The notes beneath the pieces were generated by a model, which had not been told where the DNA came from, did not search any database, and saw nothing but the letters and a program-made list of their open reading frames with translations. A stretch of 64,000 bases of DNA, taken from Candidatus Levyibacteriota bacterium. Its GTDB lineage: Bacteria; Patescibacteriota; Microgenomatia; Levybacterales; UBA12049. Each line of letters opens with the position of its first letter. Position 1 is the stretch's first letter. Of this stretch, positions 1 through 9,109 are shown piece by piece. The stretch covers positions 158,987-222,986 of the forward strand of contig CAWBPM010000004.1 of the NCBI GenBank assembly GCA_963790825.1, written 5' to 3'. Position numbers and translations under genes: made by a program.

Positions 1-2
1 AA

Positions 3-353
3 ATTATTAAAATCTCGCAAAATCCTGCCAGTCTGGAGTCTCCGGTAGGAGATGAGGAAGACAGTAGGCTTGGAGACTTTATTCACGATGCCTTAGCGCC
101 AACCCTTTTCGACTCCGCTTCTCGTGAGTTACTCAAGGAGCAGGTCGAGCAAGTCTTAGAAACGCTTTCAGACCGTGAGCGGAAAGTGCTTGAAGAGCGG
201 TTCGGCTTAAAAGATGGTAGACCGAAAACACTCGAGGAGGTTGGAAAACTGTTTGTCGTGACCCGCGAGCGCATTCGTCAAATCGAGGCAAAAGCACTTC
301 GCAAACTCCGCCACCCATCCAGGGGGAATAAGCTGAAGGATTACCTTGGATAG
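3..353 (+). CDS. rpoD: RNA polymerase sigma-70 factor RpoD, C-terminal part (5' end outside window)
   Basis: Frame 3 translates to ...[26 protein letters not shown]...[51 protein letters not shown], matching sigma-70 regions 3.2-4.2; stop TAG at 351-353. Confidence 0.85.
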   Translation: MIKISQNPASLESPVGDEEDSRLGDFIHDALAPTLFDSASRELLKEQVEQVLETLSDRERKVLEERFGLKDGRPKTLEEVGKLFVVTRERIRQIEAKALRKLRHPSRGNKLKDYLG

Positions 354-377
354 TGAATGTAAAATGAACAATGGATA

Positions 378-767
378 ATGTACAATCTACTTATGCCGAC
401 TCCTTCCAAGCGAACGTTTGATATTCAAGAGAGAAGTTTCAACTTCAGTGTAAATATCATACATCTAGTCTCGCTTCTTCCTAAAACAACGGCTGGATAT
501 ACTATTGGAAATCAGATTATGCGCTCTGGGACTTCAGTTGGCGCAAATATCGAAGAAGCACAAAATGCAGGAACAAGAAAAGAATTTATTCGCGGATTCA
601 CAATTGCTTTAAAGGAAGCAAGGGAAACAGAATATTGGCTACGGTTAATTTTAGAAACTAAACTAATTGACCAAATAACTGTAAGTCCACTTCTGGAAGA
701 AATTGTTGAGCTAATCAAGATTCTCACGACTATAATAAAAAAGACAAAAGAAAATACGAGCAAGTAA
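378..767 (+). CDS. four-helix-bundle protein (23S rRNA intervening-sequence-protein family)
   Basis: 129-aa ORF whose ...IIHLVSLLPKTTAGYTIGNQIMRSGTSVGANIEEAQNAGTRKEFIRGFTIALKEARETEYWLRLI is typical of the TIGR02436-like four-helix-bundle family. Confidence 0.65.
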   Translation: MYNLLMPTPSKRTFDIQERSFNFSVNIIHLVSLLPKTTAGYTIGNQIMRSGTSVGANIEEAQNAGTRKEFIRGFTIALKEARETEYWLRLILETKLIDQITVSPLLEEIVELIKILTTIIKKTKENTSK

Positions 768-867
768 TTTACAAGAAGGGTTGTATGTTGTACAATGCAT
801 ACACTTTGGAATTTACTTACGTTTTATACATAGTACATTCTAAATTAGATCATTAAAATAGTAATAT

Positions 868-1140
868 TCCGCGATAGCTCAACGGTAGAGCAGGAAACTG
901 TGTTAGCAGCTCTCAATAGAAATATTGAGATGATAAGTGGGTGAATTCAGGGAACGTCTTGAGAGGAATCGAAGGATAACCCTGAGCCAAGTCCCGCTTA
1001 GCGGGAAAGGTGCAGAGACTAGGTGATTACACCATTTAGCGCCCACCACCTAAATACTAAGCATTGGCGAAGTATAAGGTGATGAGATAGTCCAAAAAGT
1101 AATTTCAAGGTTCTAGGTTCGAATCCTAGTCGCGGAGCCA
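868..1140 (+). tRNA. tRNA-Asn(GUU) gene interrupted by a group I intron in the anticodon loop (exons 868-901 and 1100-1140)
   Basis: Acceptor stem TCCGCGA/TCGCGGA, D-arm GCTC-AACGGTA-GAGC, T-arm CTAGG-TTCGAAT-CCTAG, discriminator G and encoded CCA. Joined exons give anticodon loop CUGUUAA, identical to the canonical tRNA-Asn loop. Confidence 0.7.
902..1099 (+). ncRNA. group I self-splicing intron (small IC3-like, Azoarcus-tRNA-Ile-intron-like)
   Basis: P1 formed by exon CUGU with internal guide GCAG (U.G at splice site). Conserved core elements GCGGGAAA (P), GUGCAGAGACUAG (R/P7 5'), CACCCACCUAAA and GAGAUAGUCC (S/P7 3'). Terminal G at 1099. GAGCCAAG motif as in the Azoarcus intron. Confidence 0.65.
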
Positions 1141-2586
1141 AAGTTGATTATCGTTGTAATTTAGTATTGTATCAAAGGGTTTTAGCCCGTCATATCGGAC
1201 TATTTTACCTTCTACCCTAAGGTTCTGAAGTGTGAGCTTGATTAACTGCCTTCTTTCTTCAACTTCCGAACTTTCAAACAACTCATAAGCTCTATTAACC
1301 AATTCCAACAGATATTTAGCCGTGATGTAGTAGTTGTCTTCTGCTTCCTGTAATATGCTTAATCGGGTATCAACATCTGCTAATTGTTCACGGAACGACT
1401 GATAGAACTTGTCATACTCATTGTCAGTAATACGCCCGTCTAATCTATCAAGGTAAAGTTTTTCCAGTCTTTTGCTATAAGTTTCGTGTTCTTCTGTCAG
1501 TTTGTTGAATTGTTTATCTCTAAACTCTATTTTACTTTCGTGAGTTGTCCGTAATGCTTCAACGATTTGCTCTACTACCCATTCAGGCACCTGCAACCGC
1601 TTAAAAATGCTTCCTAGTTGTTTGGTAATATCCTCTTCTCTCAACCATTCAGCCCCATGCTTGCCGTTATATTGGGTGCAATGGTAATAAATGTGCCCTT
1701 TGTGCTTCTCAGGCGTTACAGACAGCCCGCAATGACCACATCGTAGTAATCCTCGGTAAATATAAGGTAAACCAGCAAACTTGAAGTGTTTTTTATTAAA
1801 ACTTTCTTTTACCTTCTGCACTTGGTCAAATAAATTTTGGGTAATAATAGGCTGATACTTATGCGGATAGAATTTCTTATTCCACTTCATTATTCCATAA
1901 TAAAATGTATCCTTGAGGATTTTGTCAGTCCAGCCATGCGACCATTCTACGCCATACTCTTCTTTTAGCTTTTTGCGTAATAAATCCATTGAAAAACTAC
2001 CCGTTGCATACCATTCGTAGGCTTTTTGAACAATCCGAGAAGCAAACTCATCAACTACAATTTCTGTTTTGTCTTTACTTATTGAAACACGCTTATATCC
2101 GAAGGAAGGTCTGCTTGGGTATGTTCCCATCCTAAGCATTTGTTCTTGTGCTCGTTTTACATTATCGCTAATTGCATCAGAGTAGTATTTAGCAAGCCCA
2201 AGACTAATACTAAAATTAAACTTCTCTACTGCGGATAGTTGGCTATTTATTACTTGCCCGTCCGATACGAAATGGAGTTCTACCTCATCTTTTAATGCCT
2301 TATCGTAAAGCGTAGAAACCCTTTTATCAAAAATGTTACGGGATAATCTATCTACTTTGTCAAAGCAAACGGCTATTTTTTCTTTTTGCTCAAGAACAAA
2401 GTCAAGGATACTGTCAAAATCGCTACGCTGTGTCTTATATGCACTTTCATCAAAGCTAAATTCCTTGATAATCTCAAAGCCTTTATTTTGGCTGTATTTT
2501 TTGAGCCGTGCAATCTGAGCAGGTAAGGAATTGTTGGCTTCCTTTTGTTCTTCTGTTGATACTCGTGCAATTATAATCGCTTTCAT
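1126..2586 (-). CDS. large serine recombinase (resolvase/invertase N-domain + recombinase + zinc-ribbon domains)
   Basis: MKAIIIARVSTEEQ... catalytic Ser motif, central recombinase domain, and a CGHCG...C zinc ribbon. The stop codon lies inside the tRNA-Asn 3' end. The six-frame ORF extends to 2610, but MKAII is the likely start. Confidence 0.85.
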   Translation of the reverse strand: MKAIIIARVSTEEQKEANNSLPAQIARLKKYSQNKGFEIIKEFSFDESAYKTQRSDFDSILDFVLEQKEKIAVCFDKVDRLSRNIFDKRVSTLYDKALKDEVELHFVSDGQVINSQLSAVEKFNFSISLGLAKYYSDAISDNVKRAQEQMLRMGTYPSRPSFGYKRVSISKDKTEIVVDEFASRIVQKAYEWYATGSFSMDLLRKKLKEEYGVEWSHGWTDKILKDTFYYGIMKWNKKFYPHKYQPIITQNLFDQVQKVKESFNKKHFKFAGLPYIYRGLLRCGHCGLSVTPEKHKGHIYYHCTQYNGKHGAEWLREEDITKQLGSIFKRLQVPEWVVEQIVEALRTTHESKIEFRDKQFNKLTEEHETYSKRLEKLYLDRLDGRITDNEYDKFYQSFREQLADVDTRLSILQEAEDNYYITAKYLLELVNRAYELFESSEVEERRQLIKLTLQNLRVEGKIVRYDGLKPFDTILNYNDNQLWLRD

Positions 2587-2587
2587 A

Positions 2588-3028
2588 TTATTGACATTGC
2601 ATAAATTCATTTCGTGTTCCTTGGTTATAGGTAAAACAAGTGGTAGGTTTCGAAGGCTGAGTAATGTATTTTATTACTGGCGTTGGGGTAGGTTGTGGAT
2701 TATCAATTTCATATTGTTGATAAGCTTCAAATGCGTTTGAACATTTATCTACTGCATTCCAGCTCATTGAAGAAAAGTCAATTATTTTAGATTTACCTTC
2801 TTTATATGCTTCAGCTGAGGCTATAGATTTAAGGTAATCTTTAACATCGTTTCCTGTGCATTTATAATTTTCTAAAGTATTATATTTTGAAAGCCATTCT
2901 TGAGTAGTTTTTCCTTGATATGTAAGTTTCGGCTGAAGGTATAGATACATAACTACTAAGCCAACAGCAAAACCTATTGCCAATGACCCAAAAAGACTAT
3001 GTTTTATATTTTTTAACTTAATTTTCAT
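2588..3028 (-). CDS. membrane-anchored hypothetical protein (paralogue of the next gene)
   Basis: N-terminal TM helix, then a YQGKTTQEWLSKYN domain also present in the 3025-3387 ORF. Confidence 0.45.
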   Translation of the reverse strand: MKIKLKNIKHSLFGSLAIGFAVGLVVMYLYLQPKLTYQGKTTQEWLSKYNTLENYKCTGNDVKDYLKSIASAEAYKEGKSKIIDFSSMSWNAVDKCSNAFEAYQQYEIDNPQPTPTPVIKYITQPSKPTTCFTYNQGTRNEFMQCQ

Positions 3029-3387
3029 TGTGGAGTAGTATTGCTTGTAAAACAGTTTTTCATTTCGTCTGTTGGTGAAGTTAGAGAATTGGCATTAAAA
3101 CCAGAGTATATCCATCCGCTATTGGCTTTCTGGGTATAATCAGAATAATTATAAGTGTAAATAGCCTCATTTGAATACTCAGCGTTGCTGTATCCCCATT
3201 CGTTCGCTTTACTAGTTAAACAATCGCCTACAGCGTTATAAGAGGTTTGCCAGTCTTGAACTGTTTGTTGCCATTCTTGTGCGGTCTTTCCCTGATACTT
3301 TGGATGGTAAAAGAAAAACATCAATACGGCACCTATAATAAGTCCTGTCCAAAACCCTCCAGCACCATTGTTATTATGATTTTCCAT
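3025..3387 (-). CDS. membrane-anchored hypothetical protein (paralogue)
   Basis: N-terminal TM helix and YQGKTAQEWQQTVQDWQTSYN motif; 4-nt overlap with the downstream paralogue. Confidence 0.45.
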   Translation of the reverse strand: MENHNNNGAGGFWTGLIIGAVLMFFFYHPKYQGKTAQEWQQTVQDWQTSYNAVGDCLTSKANEWGYSNAEYSNEAIYTYNYSDYTQKANSGWIYSGFNANSLTSPTDEMKNCFTSNTTPQ

Positions 3388-3394
3388 ATTTTTA

Positions 3395-3562
3395 TTACTT
3401 TAATTTAATAAAATAATCTAAGTCAGATTGTTTTATGCGATACTGTTTTCCTGCTTTATGTGATTTTAACTTACCAGATTGTATCCAGCGATAAACTGTA
3501 AGGTAAGTAACCTTTAGCATCTTGGCGATTTCTTCAATTGAATAGTATTGTTCGTTTATCAT
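3395..3562 (-). CDS. excisionase/AlpA-like helix-turn-helix DNA-binding protein (~55 aa, below the ORF-track cutoff)
   Basis: Reverse-strand translation MINEQYYSIEEIAKMLKVTYLTVYRWIQSGKLKSHKAGKQYRIKQSDLDYFIKLK matches the excisionase-family HTH pattern. Confidence 0.6.
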   Translation of the reverse strand: MINEQYYSIEEIAKMLKVTYLTVYRWIQSGKLKSHKAGKQYRIKQSDLDYFIKLK

Positions 3563-3575
3563 TTGTTTTAAATAA

Positions 3576-3944
3576 TTATTGCCCCTTTAAGAAATAAAAA
3601 TTAACGCACTTACCACCAGTTCTAACGAAGGGATAGGGACATTCAACTGCTTGTTGAGGAACATATTTAACCTCAGGCGTAAGATTTGGCATATTCAATA
3701 AATACTTAATTTGAGCACTTGAACTTGCAACATCTTTAGTTAAAATGTTAATTTGATTATTAACCTTCTTAATAGTTTCTTGCAAAGTTGTTATCTGCAC
3801 TTGTTGAGAATTTATTTGTTTCTCTACTGAAATGAAATTCAATATACCAAAACCAAGAATTGCTATACCGACAATTACTGCAATTATGATGTAAGTTGCG
3901 TTGAGTTGGTTTGCTTTAATTTTCATGCTAGTCATATTTATCAT
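3576..3944 (-). CDS. membrane protein with coiled-coil segment, hypothetical
   Basis: TM helix (IIIAVIVGIAILGFGIL), then heptad-like Q/I/L-rich segment and a C-terminal Cys pair. Confidence 0.4.
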   Translation of the reverse strand: MINMTSMKIKANQLNATYIIIAVIVGIAILGFGILNFISVEKQINSQQVQITTLQETIKKVNNQINILTKDVASSSAQIKYLLNMPNLTPEVKYVPQQAVECPYPFVRTGGKCVNFYFLKGQ

Positions 3945-5064
3945 TATTTATCATTTGACCTTGAAAGTCAACTAGTTTTAACGGTTCAAATTTATTCAAA
4001 TGTTCCCTAATTATACTTAGAGGGCTTACTGTATGCGGTAGGTTTATTTTTTTCGCCTCTGCGATAATCCTATACCAATTTCTTTGATTATGTTTATTAA
4101 ACATCGCTCTTAATTCACGAGGAGTAGCAATGTCAAAAGCCTGTTTTAGACCGAATAATTGCAAAGTTTTCAAGGTTCCTAGCTTAGGGTTGTTGATTAT
4201 AATATCTACTAAAAGAGCTTTATCTGATGTAACTTGATAATCAAGTAGTCGTGGTCTTTGTCTTTCTATCTCTGAAACATAATGAAAAAGTATTTTTTGA
4301 GAGATAGAAGTGGCAAATAAATTCTGAAAAGTTAGATTTGCCTCAATGCCTAGCGTTGAAAATAATTGCTTCATCTTTTGTCTACTATTAAGCCTTACTT
4401 CCATACGAAATACCTCTAGTCTTTTTTTCTGCAAATCTTCAAATAAATGGAGCTGTAATAAGTTGTCTTTTTCAATTGCTCTTTTGTCGCTTTTCTTTGC
4501 TACTTCAAGGTCTTTGATTTTGTCGTAAAAAGCAACTTCATAAGAGTTGGCATGCCATTTATAACTGTGCCCATCATTTCTATAATCTGTTTGGTTTACA
4601 TCAAGAGCAAGCGATATGTTGGCTTCTTTTATTTTGCTAATAAGGTAATGAGGGGTTGTGCCGTCAGTCAAAGGGATATTTTTAGAGTAGTGTATTGCAG
4701 AAACAGGAGCAACTAACATTAACCCGTGAAATACCCTAATGCCCATTGTTTTTAGAACAATCTCTAGCTTGTCAATAACAGCAGGAAAGTCAGCATCCGT
4801 AATCTCATCAAAATTATTGCCAAAAAGTAGTTTTGGAGCAGAAAACTCTATTGCTAGGGTCAATCCTCTTTGTCCAGATGTATTAAATCTGTTTGTAAGT
4901 GTTAAACGAGGCTTGTAGATACCGTTTTGTAGTTCTATTTTTGTAGGATTTTGCACGAGAGTAAAGTAGCCTCGTGAGGCATTTTGTGTCTCTTTTTGAA
5001 AAAGGGTTTTATCAATACCTGCAATCATACTTTTATCAAGCATCAACTTTATCGTGTCCAGCAT
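3928..5064 (-). CDS. hypothetical protein, possible replication-initiation/relaxase-like protein of the element
   Basis: 378-aa ORF in the recombinase-proximal module; a Rep_trans-like family is guessed from position and loose sequence impression only. Confidence 0.35.
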   Translation of the reverse strand: MLDTIKLMLDKSMIAGIDKTLFQKETQNASRGYFTLVQNPTKIELQNGIYKPRLTLTNRFNTSGQRGLTLAIEFSAPKLLFGNNFDEITDADFPAVIDKLEIVLKTMGIRVFHGLMLVAPVSAIHYSKNIPLTDGTTPHYLISKIKEANISLALDVNQTDYRNDGHSYKWHANSYEVAFYDKIKDLEVAKKSDKRAIEKDNLLQLHLFEDLQKKRLEVFRMEVRLNSRQKMKQLFSTLGIEANLTFQNLFATSISQKILFHYVSEIERQRPRLLDYQVTSDKALLVDIIINNPKLGTLKTLQLFGLKQAFDIATPRELRAMFNKHNQRNWYRIIAEAKKINLPHTVSPLSIIREHLNKFEPLKLVDFQGQMINNDKYD

Positions 5065-5323
5065 ACTTTTTCATTACATCTTCAAACTTTGTAATAACCT
5101 CTCTTTCTATTAGATTTGCTATCTCTTTATTTATTGGGTAAAAAACATTAAAGCTATTTACTGCCGTCTTACGAGTAGGATAAGTTAAACGATAACCGCC
5201 TTCTGGTCGGGTATAAATACCGATTGAACCAAGATATAAGCAATTATCAAATACTAAGCTAGCAAAACCTACTAAGCCGTTACTTGGTTTTACTGGCATT
5301 ATTTGTATTTCTGAGATTTTCAT
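5036..5323 (-). CDS. spoVG: SpoVG-family nucleic-acid-binding protein
   Basis: MKISEIQIMPVKPSNGLVGFASLVFDNCLYLGSIGIYTRPEGGYRLTYPTRKT...FYPINKEIANLIEREVI follows the SpoVG consensus (RV....ASITLDD.FV.HDIRV....GLFVAMPS.R......DIAHPIN). Confidence 0.65.
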   Translation of the reverse strand: MKISEIQIMPVKPSNGLVGFASLVFDNCLYLGSIGIYTRPEGGYRLTYPTRKTAVNSFNVFYPINKEIANLIEREVITKFEDVMKKYAGHDKVDA

Positions 5324-5478
5324 TATTTTTTCTTCTTAGTTCTCTGGTCAATTTCAACCAGTAGACCAAAAAACTTTACAATTCTGTCTTTGTATTCTTT
5401 TACCTCTTCATCGGTAAGTTCCTTCCCATACATTTGCTCAAGAAACTCTTTTAACTTTTCGTGTTTTGTCTGCTCCAT
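5323..5478 (-). CDS. small hypothetical protein (51 aa), translationally coupled to spoVG
   Basis: Reverse translation MEQTKHEKLKEFLEQMYGKELTDEEVKEYKDRIVKFFGLLVEIDQRTKKK; its stop codon overlaps the spoVG start codon. Confidence 0.3.
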   Translation of the reverse strand: MEQTKHEKLKEFLEQMYGKELTDEEVKEYKDRIVKFFGLLVEIDQRTKKKK

Positions 5479-5567
5479 GTAGGCAGATTAACAAGGATTT
5501 AGTTAGCTGTCGTTGTAGCAGGAGTTTAGAGGATTATGTGGGTAAAAATAGGTATAAAAAGGAATAA

Positions 5568-6626
5568 TTAGCGATGCAATGGGGGTAATACTAATTTGCC
5601 CCCTCCTTTAATCATTCTTGTTAATGGTTTTTTAATTTCTTGTAAATCCTGTTTAGTTATTGGATTTCTAAACTCAATTGCATTTTTTGATACACTAAAA
5701 AAAACTTTTTTAGTATCGCCTTCAAATCCTAAGTTCTCAATTATTTTATGGAAATCTTTATTCAGCTTGCCTCCAATCGCTTTTTCTATCTGTTCTTTAG
5801 TAAATCTTTTATGTGGGTTTTCGTATAAAAAAGAGAATACTAGGTCATTCTCGCTATTAAAATCTGGATTGGCTATTTGAGTATCATCATTTAATATGAT
5901 TTGTCTTTGCTTTGTGTAGATTATCTTATAAACAATATCTGCATCTTGGTTTTTCGCTTCGTCTTTTTTAGTTGGCTCTGGCGGTATAGGATTTAGGGTT
6001 ACATGCTGAGATTTAACTGTCTTCACTCTATCTAAAAGTTCGTAATAATTGTTTATATTAAGGGTTATATCTGCGTCAACAGACATAACACCGTGTGTAT
6101 AATCTGTTATGACACCTAATTTTTTGAGGTAATCTAATACCCTAATATAGCCGTCTATTAAATTATCAACATCCTCTGTGTCGTATCCTTCTAAAGCATA
6201 AGTTGAAGCAACGAACCCAAAATTGAATTTATCGGATTGAGCAATTTGCATTTGTTCTTCAATTTGCGTTAATACAGTATAAATTTCGTCTAAGTTGGTT
6301 TTTGTAAGATTTTCTATTCTTGTCCTGTTTTTAATCAGATAGTTGGAATACCATTTATCAAATCCAATTCTAATATCAATAAGTAGATAAGATGGATTTT
6401 TAGGTTGTTGGTCAGAAGGAAGCAGGCGATTATAAGTATTATTTATGGAAAGTATTTTTTCTTCTACTTCAAGTTTATAGAGTATGTCTCGCACTTCATC
6501 TTTCCCGATAGGGCTTAAGCCATTATCATCGTTTATATATAGCTTTACAGACTGTTCTTTTACAGCTGATTTTCTTGCCTGAATAATAGCTTTTAGGATA
6601 AGGTCAAGTTTTTCTTCGTATGTCAT
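5568..6626 (-). CDS. hypothetical protein (352 aa)
   Basis: Long uninterrupted ORF co-oriented with the module; no recognised motif. Confidence 0.45.
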   Translation of the reverse strand: MTYEEKLDLILKAIIQARKSAVKEQSVKLYINDDNGLSPIGKDEVRDILYKLEVEEKILSINNTYNRLLPSDQQPKNPSYLLIDIRIGFDKWYSNYLIKNRTRIENLTKTNLDEIYTVLTQIEEQMQIAQSDKFNFGFVASTYALEGYDTEDVDNLIDGYIRVLDYLKKLGVITDYTHGVMSVDADITLNINNYYELLDRVKTVKSQHVTLNPIPPEPTKKDEAKNQDADIVYKIIYTKQRQIILNDDTQIANPDFNSENDLVFSFLYENPHKRFTKEQIEKAIGGKLNKDFHKIIENLGFEGDTKKVFFSVSKNAIEFRNPITKQDLQEIKKPLTRMIKGGGKLVLPPLHR

Positions 6627-7152
6627 TTCATTACATCTTCAAAACTAAGCCCAATTATACTGCTTTGCGGTTTAATTTGTAATCTATTGTCAATTTTTTG
6701 ACTTCAATCTTAAAAAAGTGTATAAGAAAAATAGGCTTTATTTATTTTTATGAGGTATTCTGTATCCGCAGGTAGAGTAAAACTATTTTTATGGGCTATT
6801 GTTATTCTTCAGATATTTTTTTCTATTTCGGTCATTGAACCCGTATATATCTTCCACACAAGCAAGATGAGCTTAATTCAAACTTTATTTTATTGGTTTA
6901 ATATGATTGCTCCAATTTTTCTGTTGTGGGCTTTTTATCAAACTAAAAAACAAAATAACAATTTATTTTTGTTTAGTTTTTCACTATCTCTTGCCTTAGT
7001 TTTAATTAGACTAATATCTATGTTTCTACACTTTAGTTTATTGCCCGTTTTTGTGCTTTTGCTTTACCTTGATACTGGAATGTTCTTTAGAAGTAAAATT
7101 ACTAAAACACTTTCACTGTAATAAAAATGGAAGAGAAATTTAACAGGCAATC

Positions 7153-8760
7153 TTAGGCATAAGCAGGCTGTATTTGGAAGGTTTCAAATACCGTCTTTAT
7201 ATTCTGCAAGCTAAACCCAAACTCTATTTGTCTGTTCTTGAATATATCTACTAGGGGGAGCTGAGGCTGTCTTAATATAATTTTGTGGGTATTTTCGAGA
7301 ACTTTGAAGATGGGAGTCGGTACAACTTTATAGATTTTTCTATTCTTTACTTCAAATCGCTCAAAGAAGAACCTCATATAGTGCCGTTTTAGGAAAGTCG
7401 GAGCGTCAACATAGGTTTGATGAATGTTCCTGCTGAAAGCTAAAACCTCCTCAATTAAGTCAACGTCCATCTTCCCTTTATTATCTAATTCGATAATTTG
7501 TGTGTCCAAATTAAGAATCTGCTGATAAAGTTTATCGTGGTGTCGCTTATATACATCCCGATCTATGTCTCCGTTAAGCAAAGCGTCCTCAAGCTTATCT
7601 CTTTTTGATTCAAGAGCAGTTTTTTGGTTCAATATGCCTCGTTGGGTAGATGAGGCTGTTTTTCTTGTTTCTTCCAATACGGATCGTGTCTTTTGTACTA
7701 CTGCATCTATGAAATCTTGGCTAAATTCCATTTTCTTAAATTCTTGCTCAACTAAACTTTCCATTTGCTCCATTTGAACGTAGGGAGCGGGACATCCGTT
7801 ACGATCCCTTTTCTGGCAGTGATAGTATCCTATCTTACCGCCCCGATTTTTCAATTTATCAGCATCCTTGTGCCATTCGGCTGTGTATCGCTGTCCACAT
7901 TCACCGCATATTAGAAAACCTCTGAGAAGAAAGTCGTGCACACGATGACGTAAAAGGAAATTTCTGTGTTTTGCCAAAACGTATTGGCAAGTGTCAAAAA
8001 GTTCTTTTGTAATGATTGGTTTTTGTTTACCCATTTTACTTACCCCATGCCATCGACAAAGTCCATAATAGAACGGATTATTCAAGATCGTGTTAATAAC
8101 AGAATGGCCTAGTGTTGTGCCATTTCTAGAAAGAATATTTTTTTCTGCTAACCAGTCCTGTAATTCCAGTATACTGTAATTGCCTGTGGCGTAAAGTTCA
8201 AATAGTTCTTTAATTATCGGTGATGTATCAGGATCAGGTTTACACTTTTTCTTTTCATCTTTACTTCCTACGCTCATATATCCAGGGTATCGTGAATACG
8301 GCTGCCAGCCTTCTTCAAATTTTTGTTGCAATGCGTCTTTAGTTCTGTCGCTGTTGACCTCGCTTTCCCATTGGGCTACCGAAGCAAAGAGATTTGGAAT
8401 TAGACTATTACCCTCCATGAGATCACCCTCGCTAACTGACAGTAGCTTGATACCTTTTACTTTAAAATCGTTGTACAACCGAGAAAAATCTGATACGTTG
8501 CGACAAAAACGATCAATTTTATAGACCACGACCGCATCTACTGGATGATCTTCTAGTTCCTTGAGTAGTTCTTGTAGTGCAGGTCTTTTTGCGGCAGATC
8601 TTCCAGATCGTCCACTATCATCAAATAGTCTCTTTACTTGATAGTCGTGCATTTTAGCATAATCCCGACACTGTCTGATTTGATTGTCAGGGGAGTAACC
8701 TTTATTTTTCTGTTCTTGCGTACTAACACGAATATATATGTAACAGGTAAAGCTTTTCAT
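7153..8760 (-). CDS. large serine recombinase (second copy, distinct sequence)
   Basis: YIYIRVSTQEQ catalytic motif, ...SGRSGRSAAKRPALQELL..., DAVVVYKIDRFCRN, C-terminal CGECG zinc ribbon. Confidence 0.85.
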   Translation of the reverse strand: MKSFTCYIYIRVSTQEQKNKGYSPDNQIRQCRDYAKMHDYQVKRLFDDSGRSGRSAAKRPALQELLKELEDHPVDAVVVYKIDRFCRNVSDFSRLYNDFKVKGIKLLSVSEGDLMEGNSLIPNLFASVAQWESEVNSDRTKDALQQKFEEGWQPYSRYPGYMSVGSKDEKKKCKPDPDTSPIIKELFELYATGNYSILELQDWLAEKNILSRNGTTLGHSVINTILNNPFYYGLCRWHGVSKMGKQKPIITKELFDTCQYVLAKHRNFLLRHRVHDFLLRGFLICGECGQRYTAEWHKDADKLKNRGGKIGYYHCQKRDRNGCPAPYVQMEQMESLVEQEFKKMEFSQDFIDAVVQKTRSVLEETRKTASSTQRGILNQKTALESKRDKLEDALLNGDIDRDVYKRHHDKLYQQILNLDTQIIELDNKGKMDVDLIEEVLAFSRNIHQTYVDAPTFLKRHYMRFFFERFEVKNRKIYKVVPTPIFKVLENTHKIILRQPQLPLVDIFKNRQIEFGFSLQNIKTVFETFQIQPAYA

Positions 8761-9011
8761 ATAAACGCTCCTAAATCTGTGTATGTAAAATCTCTATGTT
8801 TTACTCCATATTTCTTCGCAATTACGGCAGTTTCTTTATTAATCCTGTCTAAAATCACGTTTATTTTTTGAACTCCTTTTTCATGGGAGATGGCATTATG
8901 CAACATGGCAAAATAGATGGCTCTTGCTTCTGCAAATAATTCTCTTAACTTGTATTTATTTTTAGTCATAGTGTATAATAAATATATTATAGGCTTTACT
9001 CCAAAGGTCAA
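8757..9011 (-). CDS. hypothetical small protein overlapping recombinase start (possible regulatory/directionality factor)
   Basis: ATGA overlap with the recombinase start; the true start may be the internal MTKNKYKL. Confidence 0.3.
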   Translation of the reverse strand: MTFGVKPIIYLLYTMTKNKYKLRELFAEARAIYFAMLHNAISHEKGVQKINVILDRINKETAVIAKKYGVKHRDFTYTDLGAFI

Positions 9012-9109
9012 GGCTGGCTTTATTTTTCTTGATATCTCATTCGTAAGAGCTAGAATTGAGTTTAGCTCTTACTATCAAATATCAATCAGAATTATTTCCA
9101 CTTAGTACA

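Noticed and set aside
83-318. Two minus-strand ORFs (63 and 61 aa) overlapping the rpoD 3' end
   Set aside because: Antisense to a clearly conserved sigma-70 region 4 coding sequence with no motif of their own; these are shadow ORFs
512-763. 83-aa minus-strand ORF inside the four-helix-bundle gene
   Set aside because: Antisense overlap with a gene that has family-typical sequence; low-complexity translation
378-767. Possibility that the four-helix-bundle gene marks a 23S rRNA intervening sequence
   Set aside because: No rRNA-like sequence is present anywhere in the flanks
902-1099. Alternative reading of the tRNA as having a different anticodon or splice junction (for example intron after U33 giving another anticodon)
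   Set aside because: Only the 901|902 and 1099|1100 junctions give a U.G pair in P1 and a terminal G, and they restore a canonical 7-nt CUGUUAA loop; other junctions give 9-nt loops or break the anticodon stem
6750-7121. 123-aa plus-strand ORF between the two recombinase modules
   Set aside because: Extremely AT-rich, Phe/Leu/Ile low-complexity translation with no RBS; more likely a non-coding spacer or junction between two stacked elements
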